NCBI GenBank assembly: GCA_029953675.1
Contig: JAMWBK010000010.1
Coordinates: 1,426,001 to 1,490,000 of the forward strand
Direction: 5' to 3'
Source of the DNA: Rhodosorus marinus CCMP1338
Taxonomy: Eukaryota > Plantae > Rhodophyta
Length of the DNA: 64,000 nt
Shown here: piece by piece, positions 11,499 to 24,636 of the stretch
Position numbering within the stretch: position 1 is the stretch's first letter
How the letters are laid out: every line of letters begins with the position of its first letter
Notes under the pieces: generated by a model
What the model saw: only the letters and a program-made list of their open reading frames with translations
The model's database searches: none
What the model was told of the DNA's origin: nothing
Program-made: the position numbers and the translations under genes

Positions 11499-13863
11499 AT
11501 GACGGATTGGGATGAAGGGAGTGTCTACTACTCCTATCAGAGTCTGGAAACACCGGGTAGTTCCGGAGCAGGTCTTGATGATGGTGAGATCACGGGAGCA
11601 AAGGCAAGAATGCGTTTTGGAAAGTTCCTGCTGGATTTTTCGGAGAGGAATAGGTACCTCTACAGGGAAAGAATGCTGAATGGGATCAACGCCGGTGAGC
11701 CTAGCTTGTCGGTATCCCTGGACCACCTTCAAGAGTACGATGAACAGCTTGCGTCCTGTGTTAGAAAGAACCCGGGTTTCTACGCTCCGATTCTCGAGCT
11801 TGCTGCGGGAGAGATTTCAGTGAGGCTTAGGAATGACACGGATGCAGACGAGCTCGTGGCTTCACACGGCGACGAGAATGAAACTGCGAGCGAAATCCGC
11901 AGAAGATCAAATGTGCAAGTTGTTTTGACCTCGACGGAAATGCCAAAATACATTCGAGAGCTCCAGGCATCAAACATATCTTCCTTTGTACGAGTGTCTG
12001 GTATCGTGACATCGGCCTCAAAGGTACAATGCAAAGCCGTGGCAATTCGCTTGGAGTGCAAGAATTGCAGATCTCGAATAACCTTGCGCGTTCCGCCCGG
12101 TATTGGCGGTGTCGTGATTCCGAGAAGCTGTCAGCGCTTGCACGCTGAAGGTGAAGCTCCGTGTCCAATTGACCCATACGTCGTACTCCCAGATGATGGA
12201 GAGTTTCGCGATCAGCAGATTATTAAGCTTCAAGAACTTCCGGAAGAAGTTCCTACTGGAGAAGTGCCACGGACCGTCATGGCTTCCCTGGATCGTGCGC
12301 TTTCCGGTCGGCTCTCTCCTGGTATGAGGGTTTCACTCTTTGGTATCTACAGTATTTTCAGTCCCCGAGAGCGGAGCAGAGCTCAAAACGTCGGCGGTCC
12401 TGGGACCGGAGCTACTCGGACGCCTTACTTGCACGTCCTTGGAATGCTTCAGAACAGCGATGCTGGGGCAGGTGGCCGCTCAGAGTTGACCACTTTCGAC
12501 CTTGAAGAGGAAGAGCAGATGCAGAGACTCGTCAGGACTCCCAATCTGTATGAGCTGATTGTTTCTTCGATTGCACCAGAGATTTATGGATTCGATGATG
12601 TGAAGAGGGCGGTGGCCGTGATGCTCTTCGGAGGATCCAGGAAACACCTTCCGGACGGGACTCGCATTAGAGGTGACATTAACGTTCTCCTACTTGGAGA
12701 CCCTTCGACTGCGAAATCCCAGCTCCTCAAGTTTGTTGAGAAGGTCGCACCGATCTCGGTCTATACGTCGGGTAAGGGCTCATCCGCGGCGGGCCTTACG
12801 GCATCCGTTATTCGTGACGGTGGTAGTTCAGGAGACTTTCGACTGGAAGGCGGGGCGATGGTACTCGCGGATGGTGGGGTTGTATGTATCGATGAGTTCG
12901 ACAAGATGCGTATCCAGGACTCTGTAGCAATTCACGAGGCTATGGAACAACAGACAATCTCCATTGCGAAGGCGGGAATCACTTCTGTTTTGAATGCTCG
13001 AACTTCGGTCCTCGCCGCAGCCAATCCAGTTTTCGGGAGGTTCGACGACACCCGCTCTGCTGATGAGAATATCGACTTCCAGACTACAATTCTTTCCCGC
13101 TTTGATCTCATCTTCATGGTTCGAGACACCCGAAATGAGGAAATGGACTACGCGAAAGCTCAGTTCGTCCTGCAGTTGCACCAGAGAGGGGGAGCTGCTA
13201 GAGCGAATTCTGGTGAAGGTGGTGATGAATCGCACCTGAGCCTGGAGACCCTGAAGCGCTTCATCGCTTACGCTAGGTCAAGGTGTGCACCTCGACTGAC
13301 CCATCAGGCTGCAGGGATCTTACGGGATACCTACGTGCGTATGCGTCAGCAAGTTCGACAGAATGACGAGGATTCGGTTGTCCCAATTACAGTTCGTCAG
13401 CTTGAGTCACTCGTGAGGTTGACAGAAGGGCTTGCGAAGATGTCGCTCTCCGCGCTCATCACTGAGGCCCACGTCAATGAAGCTATTCGCCTGTTCAAGG
13501 TGAGTCACGAAACCAATCAGCATGGGATGCACTCGCAGCTCTTGTACATGCATGGACTGAAGGTGTCCTCTGTTTTTCTTTCTCATCTTTCGCTAGTCCG
13601 CAACCATGGAGTCGGTCGCCGCTGGCGCTGTGAACTTGGATGGACGGCTGTCCGATGCTTTGAAATTGGAAGTAGAACGAGCGCAGGAGGTCATGCAGAG
13701 ACGGCTGCCCATTGGTTCATCAACAAGCAAGAGAAAAGTGATTTTTGAGCTAAAGAATCAGGGAATCTCCGACCAGTCCGCACGTCTCGCAATTGAGTTC
13801 ATGAACAAGCGTGGCGATGTCGAGTTGAGGAGTCAGCGCAAGCTCATTCATCGCGTGAGATGA
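11499..13863 (+). CDS. MCM5: DNA replication licensing factor MCM5, 2 exons (intron 13500-13596)
   Basis: Zn motif CKNC..CPIDPY, Walker A GDPSTAKSQ, Walker B IDEFDKM, arginine finger SRFD, ITVRQLESLVR, and a C-terminal winged helix. Confidence 0.98.
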
Positions 13864-14225
13864 TCACAGGATCAACGATTCGGAACGCTGTCCTATGCAT
13901 GGTCTGAATTGCTGCGATCATATCAAGCTCTCTAAAAATCAGTGTACTATGGTTACGTATTCAATTAACTCTACTTCTGAGTATTAATAAAACAATTGAA
14001 CTTCAATTTTGGACAGCAGAGGTCTTCCGACAGTATTCTCGGTCAGCCGTGAGTGGAGCAGGGCTGCGATGCCAGCACTAGGTGAGCCACCCCGTGATGC
14101 AACCCCTTCCCCTTTCCCCCTCGTTTTCCTTCTCAGTCGTTGAAGGAAATGGACTAAATTCAATGTACATGGGTACTGTTCAATGTTGGAGACATTCGGC
14201 TTCTCTACGTATCGTGAAGCCCTGC

Positions 14226-16713
14226 TCAAACATCTCGACGGAGAAGCTCGATGATATTCTGACAAAGCACAATCAGCTTCGCGGGGTTTTTGGACTTATT
14301 CACCAATCTACGGAGCTGCGAAGACTCCGACTCCTCCTCGAGACACGCGAGCGCAGCTCTCAGAGTGACCTGATTGGTACCGTGGTTTGTAACATGAGTG
14401 GAGCTCCACTATCAGAAACTTGGTCATCAGCGCATAACCTGCTAACGAATCTACAGCAGTACCTGATTAGGAGACAGCCCCCTCTCTAGCATTTGTTCCA
14501 ACACAGACGCGACACCTTCCATGTCGTTCACTTTCGCGTGGGCATCCGCAATTGCCGTGAAGGTGTAAACGTTGGGTTCGACTCTCGCTTGCTCCATCCG
14601 TTTGAGGATATTCCGCTAGCAACAGAAACAAGAGCCAACAGGTTTCGATTCAATTCATGTCTTACGCACGCGGAGAGAGACTGGGTCTGTCCTCATTGAA
14701 TGAACCCTAAACGGGGTAACCTACTGCACCGGCCACGTCCCGTCTTCTCGCATAGATGCTCGCCAATATTGAGAAGGACTTCGTGTCCGGAGAGGGACCG
14801 CTTCCCTTCATTTCCAGAACAAGTTTCTCTGCTCTCCCAGTGTCAGCAACCTTCGAGTATGCGGAGAGCAGCGTGTTGTACCTACAACGAGGGCGACCGA
14901 GGATTAGAAAATCTACGCCCTCCGAACACTGTCCAGACGCCGCTGACACTTTCACTTACGTATCAATTGTCTGGTAAACATCTTTGTCCTTCATCTCCTG
15001 GAAGAGCTTCTCTGCATCGTCAACTCGGCACGTGTTTCCTAGGCCGTTGATCAGAGAATTCCACGTAATTGTATTGGGAAGCTGCCCGTCTTCCTCCATA
15101 TCAGAACGCAGTCTTAACGCTTTGTTGATTTCACCACGCTTTGCACGTGCATCGATCAGTGAAGAGTAAGTAACGACATTCGGCTTCAGGCCCTTCGACC
15201 GCATCAACCTCAGACTTCGATCAGCGCCGTCAAAGTCACCAGCTTTTGCGTGAGCATTGATCTGTCATATCGAGAAGAAAAAGCACCTAATTAATTACGC
15301 CAGTCTTGTATAGAAGATCACGACGGCTACGCCATGTCAGTTGGCGATTTCCCCACTCACAAGCGAAGAGTACGTAAAAACGGATGGTTTGAGATTCTCG
15401 GACTGAATCAATTCCAGGACACGGTTCGCGTGCTTGACATTGCCTTTCTTCGCACACTGCTTCAGAAATATATTAAAGGTTATGACATCGGGTCCGGCAA
15501 TCCATGCAGCTTGCTTCATGTTCTCCAAGTACGCGTATGCGGTTTCGTAGTCATCCTGCTCGCAGAAACTGTTGATCAAGGTGTTGTACGTTGTTGAATC
15601 GGGCAAGACCTGATTGCAAACCGAAAAGCATTGAAAACAAAGGCTTATGAGCGAGGAAGGCCACCCCGATTCTTCTCAACAAAAGGCTTCCATACCGAAT
15701 GCATGTGCATCGCATTCAACAGGCCCTTGAGCTTTTCCAAACGCCCCGCGTTCGCGTACGCCAAAGCGAGAGTGTTGTACACCACAGCATTTTTTTCAAT
15801 ATTCTCCTTCTCCATGTGATCCATAGCCTGTTCGGCCAAATCCACTAGCCCTCTTTTCGCATAGACAGACATCAGCGCCCCAAATGTCACCACATTCGGT
15901 TTCACCTTGCGTGAGATCATTTCTATGAACATGGCTTCTGAATTGGTGGGCTTGTTGGCCTGGGTGAGGAGCCGGGAAAGCATGGTGTAAATTCAGAGGG
16001 ACGGTTCACTAGAAGAGCTCTGCTAGCTATTGAGGTATGCTTCTTTGCTCAAGGTACTCGTGAGAACGCGCTTATTAGTGCTGAATAAGTAAAGGTGTCT
16101 GGGCCGATTTTTCTGCGTTCCATTTCCTCCTTCAGTTCCAGGGCCTGATCAATATCTCCAAATCTTCCGAATGTTGATATCATGAAGTTATATATATATA
16201 TATTCGCCTTTCCTGCGCTCTAACGGCTCAAAGCGAGGCGCAAGGGTTAGCCTCGACACTGCACTCTGGCTTAGGGCGGTATAACCTTACCCGCAACTCG
16301 TCCATGTACATAGTGGCCTGCTTCATGTTCTGCCTCGACACGAGAGTACGGAGCATTTTGAGGTTGCGTCTACAATCACGAGTGGTGTTGGTTGCAGTTT
16401 CAACATGCTCCAAAAACTCAGGGTCCAAAAACTCTGTCCCATCTCCCGGAACTGGTCGTATGGGTATCGAAGGTGCCTTTAGGAAGCAAAGAAAATCCCC
16501 AGTAGCCGCAAGGGTAGCGTTAAGCCTAACAGCACTGAACATTAGGCAAAATCAGGAGACCGAGAGGTTACTCACCACAATATCCAACTTCGGCACCCTC
16601 CTTATATCCCTCTGTTTCTTATTTACATATCCATCCGGCCTCCTCAAACATACCGTCAATTCTCTTCGTACATCCTCCCGACACAAAGCAACAGCATCGA
16701 TAAAACATGCCAT
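14226..16713 (-). CDS. P-type pentatricopeptide repeat (PPR) protein, multi-exon, probably organelle-targeted
   Basis: Repeated 35-aa PPR motifs (PNVVTFGALMSVYAKRG, PDSTTYNTLINSFC, PNVVTYSSLIDARAKRG, PNTITWNSLINGLG, PNVYTFTAIADAHAK). MACF start at 16713. Last exon ends ELLRRDV* at 14226. Confidence 0.9.
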
Positions 16714-17159
16714 GGCTACTTCACCTTCTCCTGCCTCCGCCCCCAGCCCCCACCTCCCAGGAGATGCGCTATCGCAGCCTATCTCCAAGTATACGAAGGA
16801 TAGTTCTCCTTCATTTAATTAAGGGGATTCTTTACCTCATATAGACCGCTCCTTATCGTCCCCTCTCTCCACCTCAAAAGACCTTCTATTATCAACATCC
16901 CCCCTTGCTCCCACCAAAGCTGACTCCCCTGCCCCATCCAAGCCAATGGGAAATCAAATCCCCCCTTCTCCCGTGTGAACCCCAGCAATATCAAAAAGTG
17001 ATGAATTTCTTCAATGAAAAGTTAATCTTATTCAGCAAGTGAATGCCGGTGGATGTGATCGAAAAAAAGTTGAGATGCAGCAAATGAGAGCTTTTGCCGA
17101 GAGGACACCGCGCAAACGTTCTAACTGTTCCTAAGACATCGACATCTCCTGTGTGCGCT

Positions 17160-17212
17160 GTTGCAAATTTCTTAGAATGGAGTTGCAAATTTCTTAGAAT
17201 GGAGTTGCAAAT
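17160..17212. repeat. 22-bp tandem duplication, 2.4 copies
   Basis: gttgcaaatttcttagaatgga twice, followed by gttgcaaat. Confidence 0.9.
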
Positions 17213-17549
17213 ACACCCCTTCAGTTGATGAAAAAGTTTCTCTCGATGCTCAAAAACTATCTCCCAGTACGTCACAACCACATGATCACCGAAACAACGG
17301 TTGCAACAGGGAGATAGAGAGAAAGGGCGATACCCACTCTCAAGTCGGCGGGGAGGCGGAGCGGGTTGGGTTTGCTCTTTGACAATAACCCATCTTCAAT
17401 CTTTAACACACCAACTAAAACCAAAAAAAATACTTCCTATACTAGTTGGTTAGTGTGGGGCATCCGGTAACCCCATTCCGCTTCCCCCACCCAAGGCCAC
17501 ATCCTCCAGCCACCAGTCGTGCCTGGACAACCGACAAAAAAACCTCATA

Positions 17550-17747
17550 CATTCATTGGATGGACACGAATATTTTAACAAATACAAATATCACACGTGT
17601 CTACTATCTTCCTATTTATGGCTGCGAATTTGGTAATACTTCCATTCATTGGATGGGGAATTGAAACAAGCAAGTTATTATACAACACGTGTGTTTAATG
17701 AACGGATGAAGTATTGACATATGTATAACCGATTTTAGTACACGTGT
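17550..17747. promoter_or_regulatory. Duplicated CCAAT-box + G-box module
   Basis: cattcattggatgg at 17550 and 17643; ACACGTGT at 17593, 17685 and 17740. Confidence 0.55.
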
Positions 17748-17985
17748 CTTCAACTAGTGCTTCAGGGTTTCTTTGACTGCGAAATGAGGTACCCTGAAGC
17801 AGCAAGAACGTGCAAGTTGTATCTACTGGATTTCTTTGGTTGGCGTGGGTTGTTGTTGATCGTCGCTCTGATAGCTATTCCATTCAAAATTCTGACTTTT
17901 ATGCTCAGGATTGAGGGGGTTTCCTTCAGCGCGAAAGGGCCGATGACCAAGAATGCCCTCCCGCGCCCCTCTGTGGTTGGGATTT

Positions 17986-18692
17986 CTACTTGGGAGGCTT
18001 GCTGATGCTGATTTCGACCTTTAACACCGAAATGAGCCGTTTCGTTGTCATCCATTGAAGATTCTAGAGTGGTATACACACAAGCCAACATTTAGATGTC
18101 CAAATATCAACCATTTTAACCCTTCGCGGAGCTCTACGCGATGATATGGCACTTTGATTGTTGTATTTGTGTTGAATGGTCTGTCTCTGGCTTACCGGTT
18201 CCAGCGGCTCGAACTCATCGATTGCAATAGTCGTAGAGGTTTGTGGATTTAGATATGCTTCTTTTCCCCTTTGTTGCGCTCTCTTCTGAACTTCCAAAGC
18301 AACATCTGCGCATCTTTGAATAGCTGCTCCAGCAGCGTGGAGTACGACCACACATGCCTTTTTCTTCCTTTCCCTCGCCCTGAGGAGTGCCTCCACACGA
18401 CTTACCAACTCGGCATGGCCGTTTCTTCTTGTAATAAATAGATCAACTCCTCTCGTTGTACCTGGATCGTGCTCGATTGGTCTCCTCCACCTGCGATCTT
18501 AGGAACAACCCCCGCAAAGAGTGAATCAGCTCTGCAATCCATGCTCAGAAAGAAGAACCCGCGTCGCTCAACGTATAACCCACATTGTCGTTTATCAAAC
18601 AGTTTCCTAGGAATCTCAGAGTCCCCCTTCTCAGAGCCCTCTTCGCTGTCCTGCTCATCCACTGCGGCATCTGAAACTCTTGAACGCTTCAT
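17986..18692 (-). CDS. RNase P/MRP subunit Rpp20/Pop7-like (Alba fold), about 3 exons
   Basis: Spliced reading DLFITRRNGHAELVSRVEALL...VVLHAAGAAIQRCADVALEVQ...TSTTIAIDEFEP...KRLISVLKVEIS matches the recalled Rpp20 pattern (DIYV...LHGLGxAIxRAxxIAL...TSTVELVDE). The first donor is uncertain. Confidence 0.65.
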
Positions 18693-19029
18693 CTTCTCTA
18701 TAGGAAGCTATTTTGAAACTGATCGCCGCAGAGTGTGCAAGGCAAGGTCGGACAACCAAGCCATACATCCAATTCTAATCCTCAAAACTAGGTCATCGTG
18801 AACCGCCCACCACATCCGCCCCGTTGGGGACTACCTAGATATTGATTCGGTAGAGTTCGCAAAGCGGACATACTCAGATACCATGTTGACAAATCTCAAC
18901 TTTGAAATCACTAAGACGAATGGAACTATCATTTTATCCATTTTCTTCGTGCGTAGAGTACAGCAATCTTCGACAAGCTCGGCAAGGAAGCAATATACAG
19001 CACGGGGTTTTGGTAGATAGACGACAAGC

Positions 19030-20435
19030 TTAGGTTTTAAATTTTCTCGTCAATTCGGAATCCCGAGTGAACCATTCGTCCACCTTATCCAAGCCTTTCA
19101 CTCCAAGATCGACGACGTTCACTGATCGTTGCCAAGCCCCAGTCTCGTCCTGCTTGAGACATATCATGATGCTAAGGTCCTTTGCTACGGCAGCTATCAT
19201 ATACTCTGCGATGAAGCCTAAGAGGGTCTGGTCATCGAGCTCGCTCAGACCCTCCTTGGCTTTTGTGAATGATTCGTTGCTGCTCTGCTCATTGGCTTGC
19301 GCTGATGTCTCGTATGCGACGAGCTCCCACGGAAGGCTCTACAAATACATTCAGGGATATCAGAGTATGCCTACTGTCACCCACAAGCCAGTTTCTTTTT
19401 GCGTAACACTCACAGTCATGGCTTCGGGATTCATGTACATGTTCCACAGCTTTTCTTCAATTGCTCCTCTGTCTGAATTGAAACGTCGTAGGAGCTCATC
19501 GAGAATGAGCTTTGCGCCATAGGAATCTACGTATTCCTTCGTTTGAATATTTTGAATCTGATCGAGCGTACGAAAGCATACTAGTCCTGTTAACCGTGAG
19601 TCTGGCATTGGGCAGGCTTCTTGAGGTATTTCCTTACGTTGTCTGAGAGTTCCTTGTTCATCTCCATGGCTAGGATGCCTTCTTCTAGCAGGATAGCAGA
19701 AGGAATTTGAGCTTCGATATCGGCGCGCGAGGAAAACGCTTTTCCGTCCTTAAACACTTTGAGCCATTTGTGACCGTTCTCCCAAAGTTCACGAACTGCT
19801 CGTGCTATTCGAACTCTGTCACCGCTGAGAAGATCGGCTGGGTTGTAGGCCCCGACTGCGCCTCTATCGAAAAGCATTCTGAAATCGCAGAAAGAGCCAT
19901 GTGTAAGATATAGAAGCACTTGCTCAACGATTGTCGAACTGAAGAGTTTCTTCGAGAGAGGGTCAGAGGCTTACTCGAAGAATGCTGTTCTATACTTTTC
20001 AGACAATTCGGGTGGTAGCAGCCGTGAACGAGCGGTGAGATAGTACTTTGGCTTCAGCTCGAGGCACCAGGATCCCGCGCCAAAGCTAGCGGAGAAGTTT
20101 TTCTTCAGTAAGACCGATGGGCGCTCCTTGTCAATCGCATGGGCGACCTTCCCATGCTTCCGGACGGGTTCAACTCTTTTCTCGAGCGCCTCCAAAAACT
20201 CACGAGTACACGGCACTGGTGTTCCAGGGTCGGCATACTTGCCGCCGACAAGAGGCATCATGACACTGCGTATGAATTGCTCCTCGCTGTCTCCAGCCTC
20301 CGCGGAATCTTCAAGAGCAATTCTGAGCACCTTCCCCGTAAGCACCGAACTTTCCGGTCCATGATACGCAGCAATCAAGTGAGCGCTGCCTTCCGCAATG
20401 TATTCATAGTCTTCTGCACGGAGAACGACTGTCAT
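19030..20435 (-). CDS. IPK1: Inositol-pentakisphosphate 2-kinase, multi-exon
   Basis: YIAEGSAHLI..Y, KVLRI, CLELKPK, YNPADLLSGD, YMIAAVAKDLSIMI and VVDLGVKG. Stop at 19030. Confidence 0.87.
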
Positions 20436-20560
20436 CTTGACCTTATCCACTTCTGCCAACTACACTCGCAGAGCTCTCTCCGTTTTCAATTGCCCGAAAC
20501 CAATCCGGTCTCCTCAGCGTTTGCTGTTGTCTTCTCGGACGGAAACAAAAACGTTTCATG

Positions 20561-20833
20561 ATTGGCTCAAAGCGAATCTCCAACTCTTCCCAACAATAAT
20601 AATTGGCTACAATCACCTAAAATAAAGCAAATTAATTGGTTTATGATGTCTAATACCTTGCAAACTACTTATCAATTGGGGCAATATGTATTGTATTTGC
20701 TTATTATTATCAAGAATAATTTTTTAACCTTATCAATTGGGTAAAACTAATGTAAGTTGCTTATTACTCAGTCCTTCATTGGGTTTTGCTCAGCGGGAAA
20801 GATTTTAATTGGCTATATTCTATCCAATATTGG
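20561..20833. promoter_or_regulatory. CCAAT-box array with an E2F site in the divergent IPK1/RFC4 promoter
   Basis: ATTGG at 20561, 20602, 20635, 20675, 20736, 20778, 20808 and 20829; CCAAT at 20824; GCGGGAAA at 20793-20800. Confidence 0.6.
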
Positions 20834-20959
20834 TTTCCGATGGTGTTTATATAGGAAAGTGGGGGGAAGGGGATGTAGGCTAGTGGTAGCAGTGGGCTCG
20901 GGGAGGGCGTGATGACGATCTTGTGAGGGTATTGTTCGAAGGAAAAGGTGAAAGTAACA

Positions 20960-22597
20960 ATGGATATTGGAGATCGGGCATCAGTATTGAGTACGCCATG
21001 GGTGGAAAAATATCGCCCCGTGAAAATTAAAGATGTTGCGCATCAAACGGAGGTGGGTTCAGCTTTGGGCATCAGCTTTGATACTCAGCTTGGATAGTAG
21101 GCTCGTGGATTTTTTATTTCTGAATCGCCCGTAGCTTAAGCCTCATCGTGTGTCAGATGAGCCCTGTATTTTTTTACCTGTTTTGGGATTGCGCCTGCTG
21201 CCGATCGATCGTGGGACGGAACGGAATCCTCCCTTTCTCAACGGTGTTTTTCTGCCGGATGTAGGTAGTTGCAGCTCTGGAGCAAGCCGTGGAGAGAGGT
21301 GGTGGGAATCTTCCTCATTTGCTCTTTTACGGACCCCCGGGCACCGGGAAGACGTCGCTTGCTCTGGCCCTAGTGCGTGAGATTTTTCCGAAGGAGATAT
21401 TGTCACAGCGCGTGCTTGAATTGAATGCTTCCGATGAGCGAGGGATTCGCGTCGTACGGGAAAAGATCAAGGGATTTGCTCAAGGAGTAAGTTGAGTAAC
21501 CTTGCTGGCGCGTATCGCTGTCCGAAGCTTGACCTAACCACAAGCATCCTCCTTTGTTGAAATCCTTTATAGGCTGTAGGACAAGCTAAGGTCAAGGATG
21601 GCAAAACTATCCCTTCGTTCAAGGTAATCATACTCGATGAAGCTGACGCGGTTACAGGTGAAGCACAAACTGCTCTTCGTCGAACCATGGAGACGTACTC
21701 CACTGTCACTCGCTTTGTACTGATTTGCAATTACATATCGAGGTAGGAACGGTTCTGCAAAGTGAAGATCCAGGCTTTCCATGAATGGAATTTTCAAGCT
21801 GCTGAAGACGGAACCGATTTCCCGTGTCCTAATCCACAGGATCATCGCTCCACTGGCGTCGAGATGTGCAAAGTTCAGATTTCAACCGCTTCCAACTGAG
21901 GTTTCGTTTAACAGACTGTCCATGATTTGCAAATCCGAGCAAGTCACCGCTTCCGAAGATCTGCTTAAACTGATTATCACGAGGACCAACGGCGATCTAA
22001 GGAAGGCGTTAATGACTCTACAGAGTGCATCCAGAATGGTCCCGCACGGTAAGATTCATGCTCTAAGTATGCAGACGTTGCCAAGTTCACTAAACCCGAA
22101 AAGAACGTGTGTGGTAAACAGGGAGCGAAATTGGCGATAAAGAAATCGCGCTCGCGTCGGGAGAGGTGCCACAGGAGCTCCTCGAGCGATTTAGATCCGC
22201 GATGTTTGCAGATTCTAGCTTTGAGAACGTGCAGTCAGTAGTCGATGATGTTGTCCTAGGAGGGTATCCCGCCGACGGTCTTCTGCATCAACTCTGTGAT
22301 CTGTTGGTCGAAGAAGAGTATGTGTCTTGCTTGCTTCCACAAGTCTTTCTCGAGGGCTGATGACTCACATAACTTCAACCTAACCATGGGGTTTGTCCGT
22401 GCTTGTAATCTGTGTCTTTCGGTAGCTATGCAGAGCTTGATGAACTCCAAAAGTCCGCATTGATTATGAAAATGGCTCGTGCAGAGAGTTGCTTGGCGGA
22501 TGGTGCTTCAGAGAGGCTGCAGCTTCTTGATGTCGGCGCGAGGGGCATGTACATATCGAAATCTCGAGAGAACTCGAGCTCTTTGTTCAAAGTATAA
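20960..22597 (+). CDS. RFC4: Replication factor C small subunit (human RFC4 / yeast Rfc2 type), multi-exon
   Basis: [60 protein letters not shown] and [12 protein letters not shown]. The 3' end is approximate. Confidence 0.94.
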
Positions 22598-22809
22598 GGC
22601 AAGACAGAAGGACAACTTCGAAAACACAGCATCAACTTGCTTGTAAGGGGTGTTATTTCCTTATTTTCGTGTCTCAGTAGGAAGCAGACAAGTGAGCTGG
22701 CAAAGGCCTTGAACTGGATGCAAGGCCTTTGCCAGCTCTGTAATGGTGTTTAAAGGGACGGTGTCCGGTATCTTTGCACGTGTGGAAAATAATTAGCGTC
22801 CGTCGTTTT

Positions 22810-23942
22810 TCATGAACTGATCATTCCCGTTGCCCTTGCATATTCAAAGATTCCTGTGATCGCAAAAGAAAACGCAAAATGCTTAACGACAATCGCATGA
22901 CTGCAAACGAGCTTGAAGCAATGTGTGGCCCGCAAAATTACCTCCAGCATCGACAACGGGCTGAACGTCTCCCAGCGATTTCAGTTCTATCGTCTCTCCC
23001 GTCCTCTCATTGGTTATAGTTTTCTCGTTGAACCGGATAGTAGCGGTGTCACCCTAATTGAACATCAGCGTATAGCAAGCCCGTCAGATTTTCGCACTCG
23101 CATGCTCTGAGGACTAAGCGACGAGCACTCACCGTTTCGAACTTGTCTACAATAGGTTCTGCAACCTCCCACGGGTACAGTTCTCCAGTCGCTGAACAGT
23201 TTCGGAAGAAAATACGTGCGTACGATTCCGCAACAACGGCCTTACCGCCGGCAGCGCCAATTGCGATTGGTGCGTGCTCTCTTGACGATCCACAACCAAA
23301 GTTCTCTCCGGCGACAATAATTTCATATTCTGTTCTCATCTCTCCCTTTTTCACGTACCTGCAACGTCAGAACGGTTCCGGTCAGAGACGGTGCTCAAAG
23401 CCACGATTCATTTCACCTACTTGGGAGCAATCGGATCATAGGCATTGGCACATACTCACTTTGTTTCATAGAGCTCATCTGGGAGGCCGATCATCGCGTA
23501 GGACCCAAGCTTCTCATACTCATCTGGCACCGAGGGCACTAGAGTCAAATACTCCGCTGGAATGATCTGTTTTAGGGAATGTTATGTTCAGCCAACTCCG
23601 CAGAAACGCCACTCAACCAAAAACCAAATCAACGACGACTCACAAAGCCCATACCTGATCAGTATCGATATTGTCCTTGCAGACAAAGACTTTCCCCGAC
23701 AATTCATTTCCTGAACGCTTTCTCCCAACCTCACAAACCTCCTCCATGGTCTTCATCCTCCACACACCTTTCCCAGACCTAACGGATCCTCCATTCTCTC
23801 CTCGACAAACACTCACAGACCTCGACCACCAACCACAAGAAAATCGGTCAGGCTTAAAAACAAAAAAACTCGTCCCCCAAAAAATCAACTCAACTCACCT
23901 CCCAACAAAGGAAGACACTCCAAGTCCAGATACAAACGCCAT
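22810..23942 (-). CDS. leuD: 3-isopropylmalate dehydratase small subunit, plastid-targeted, multi-exon
   Basis: [14 protein letters not shown] transit-peptide start, [33 protein letters not shown], and [15 protein letters not shown] end. Confidence 0.93.
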
Positions 23943-24636
23943 AGCTCAACCAAAAAGAAAACACACCCCTGTCCCCCTACAAAAAAGAAATTAAAAACAC
24001 CTACTCTCCTATAAATCTAACCAAAAACACAATTATCTTTTTATTAACCTCTCCCTCACTCCCGCACTCCCTCACTCCCCTTCCTCTCTCCGTCCCTCCC
24101 CAAACCTCTTCACCTTCTTCCCCAAACCCCTCGTCATATAAATACACAAAAAAAAATCTCTCGTCGACTTACCATTCCAAAAATATCAAAAAAATCCCCC
24201 CTTTCATCGCACCGAATCTATTCCTCCAAAATTCAATATGATTTCAAGTAAACAAAAATTATTATCTAAACAGGAGAAAATACTTCAGTGTAAACAATTT
24301 CTATTAAATTTCATTATCGTTGGAGCTCTGGGCGTTTTCCGTCATGATGGCCGTCGCCCCCCTTTTTTGGTGTTTTTTTTCTATGACGGAAATTCTCCCG
24401 TTTTTCTCCCTGCATCGGAATTTGTTTTAATAATTTAATAATATCGACGTTGATTTTGAGGGGTTTTAACAGGTCAGGGCATTCGCTATCACTGGGAGAG
24501 GTTACTTGCAAGTGGTAGCAATAGTAAGAGCAACGTATCGTCGGTAGTCAGGCAGCTATCCGTATGTGGTGTGTCCCCAGGGCCCTCCGTGTGTCAGAGC
24601 GATCGCTTCGGGAGGGGGGCGGGGTGCCTACTGTTG

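Noticed and set aside
14370-14462. AATCAGGT at both junctions of a PPR intron, and GTTAAGG at both junctions of CCT5 intron 1, suggesting Introner-like TSDs
   Set aside because: Much of each match is splice consensus, two cases among dozens of introns is near chance, and the introns share no sequence.
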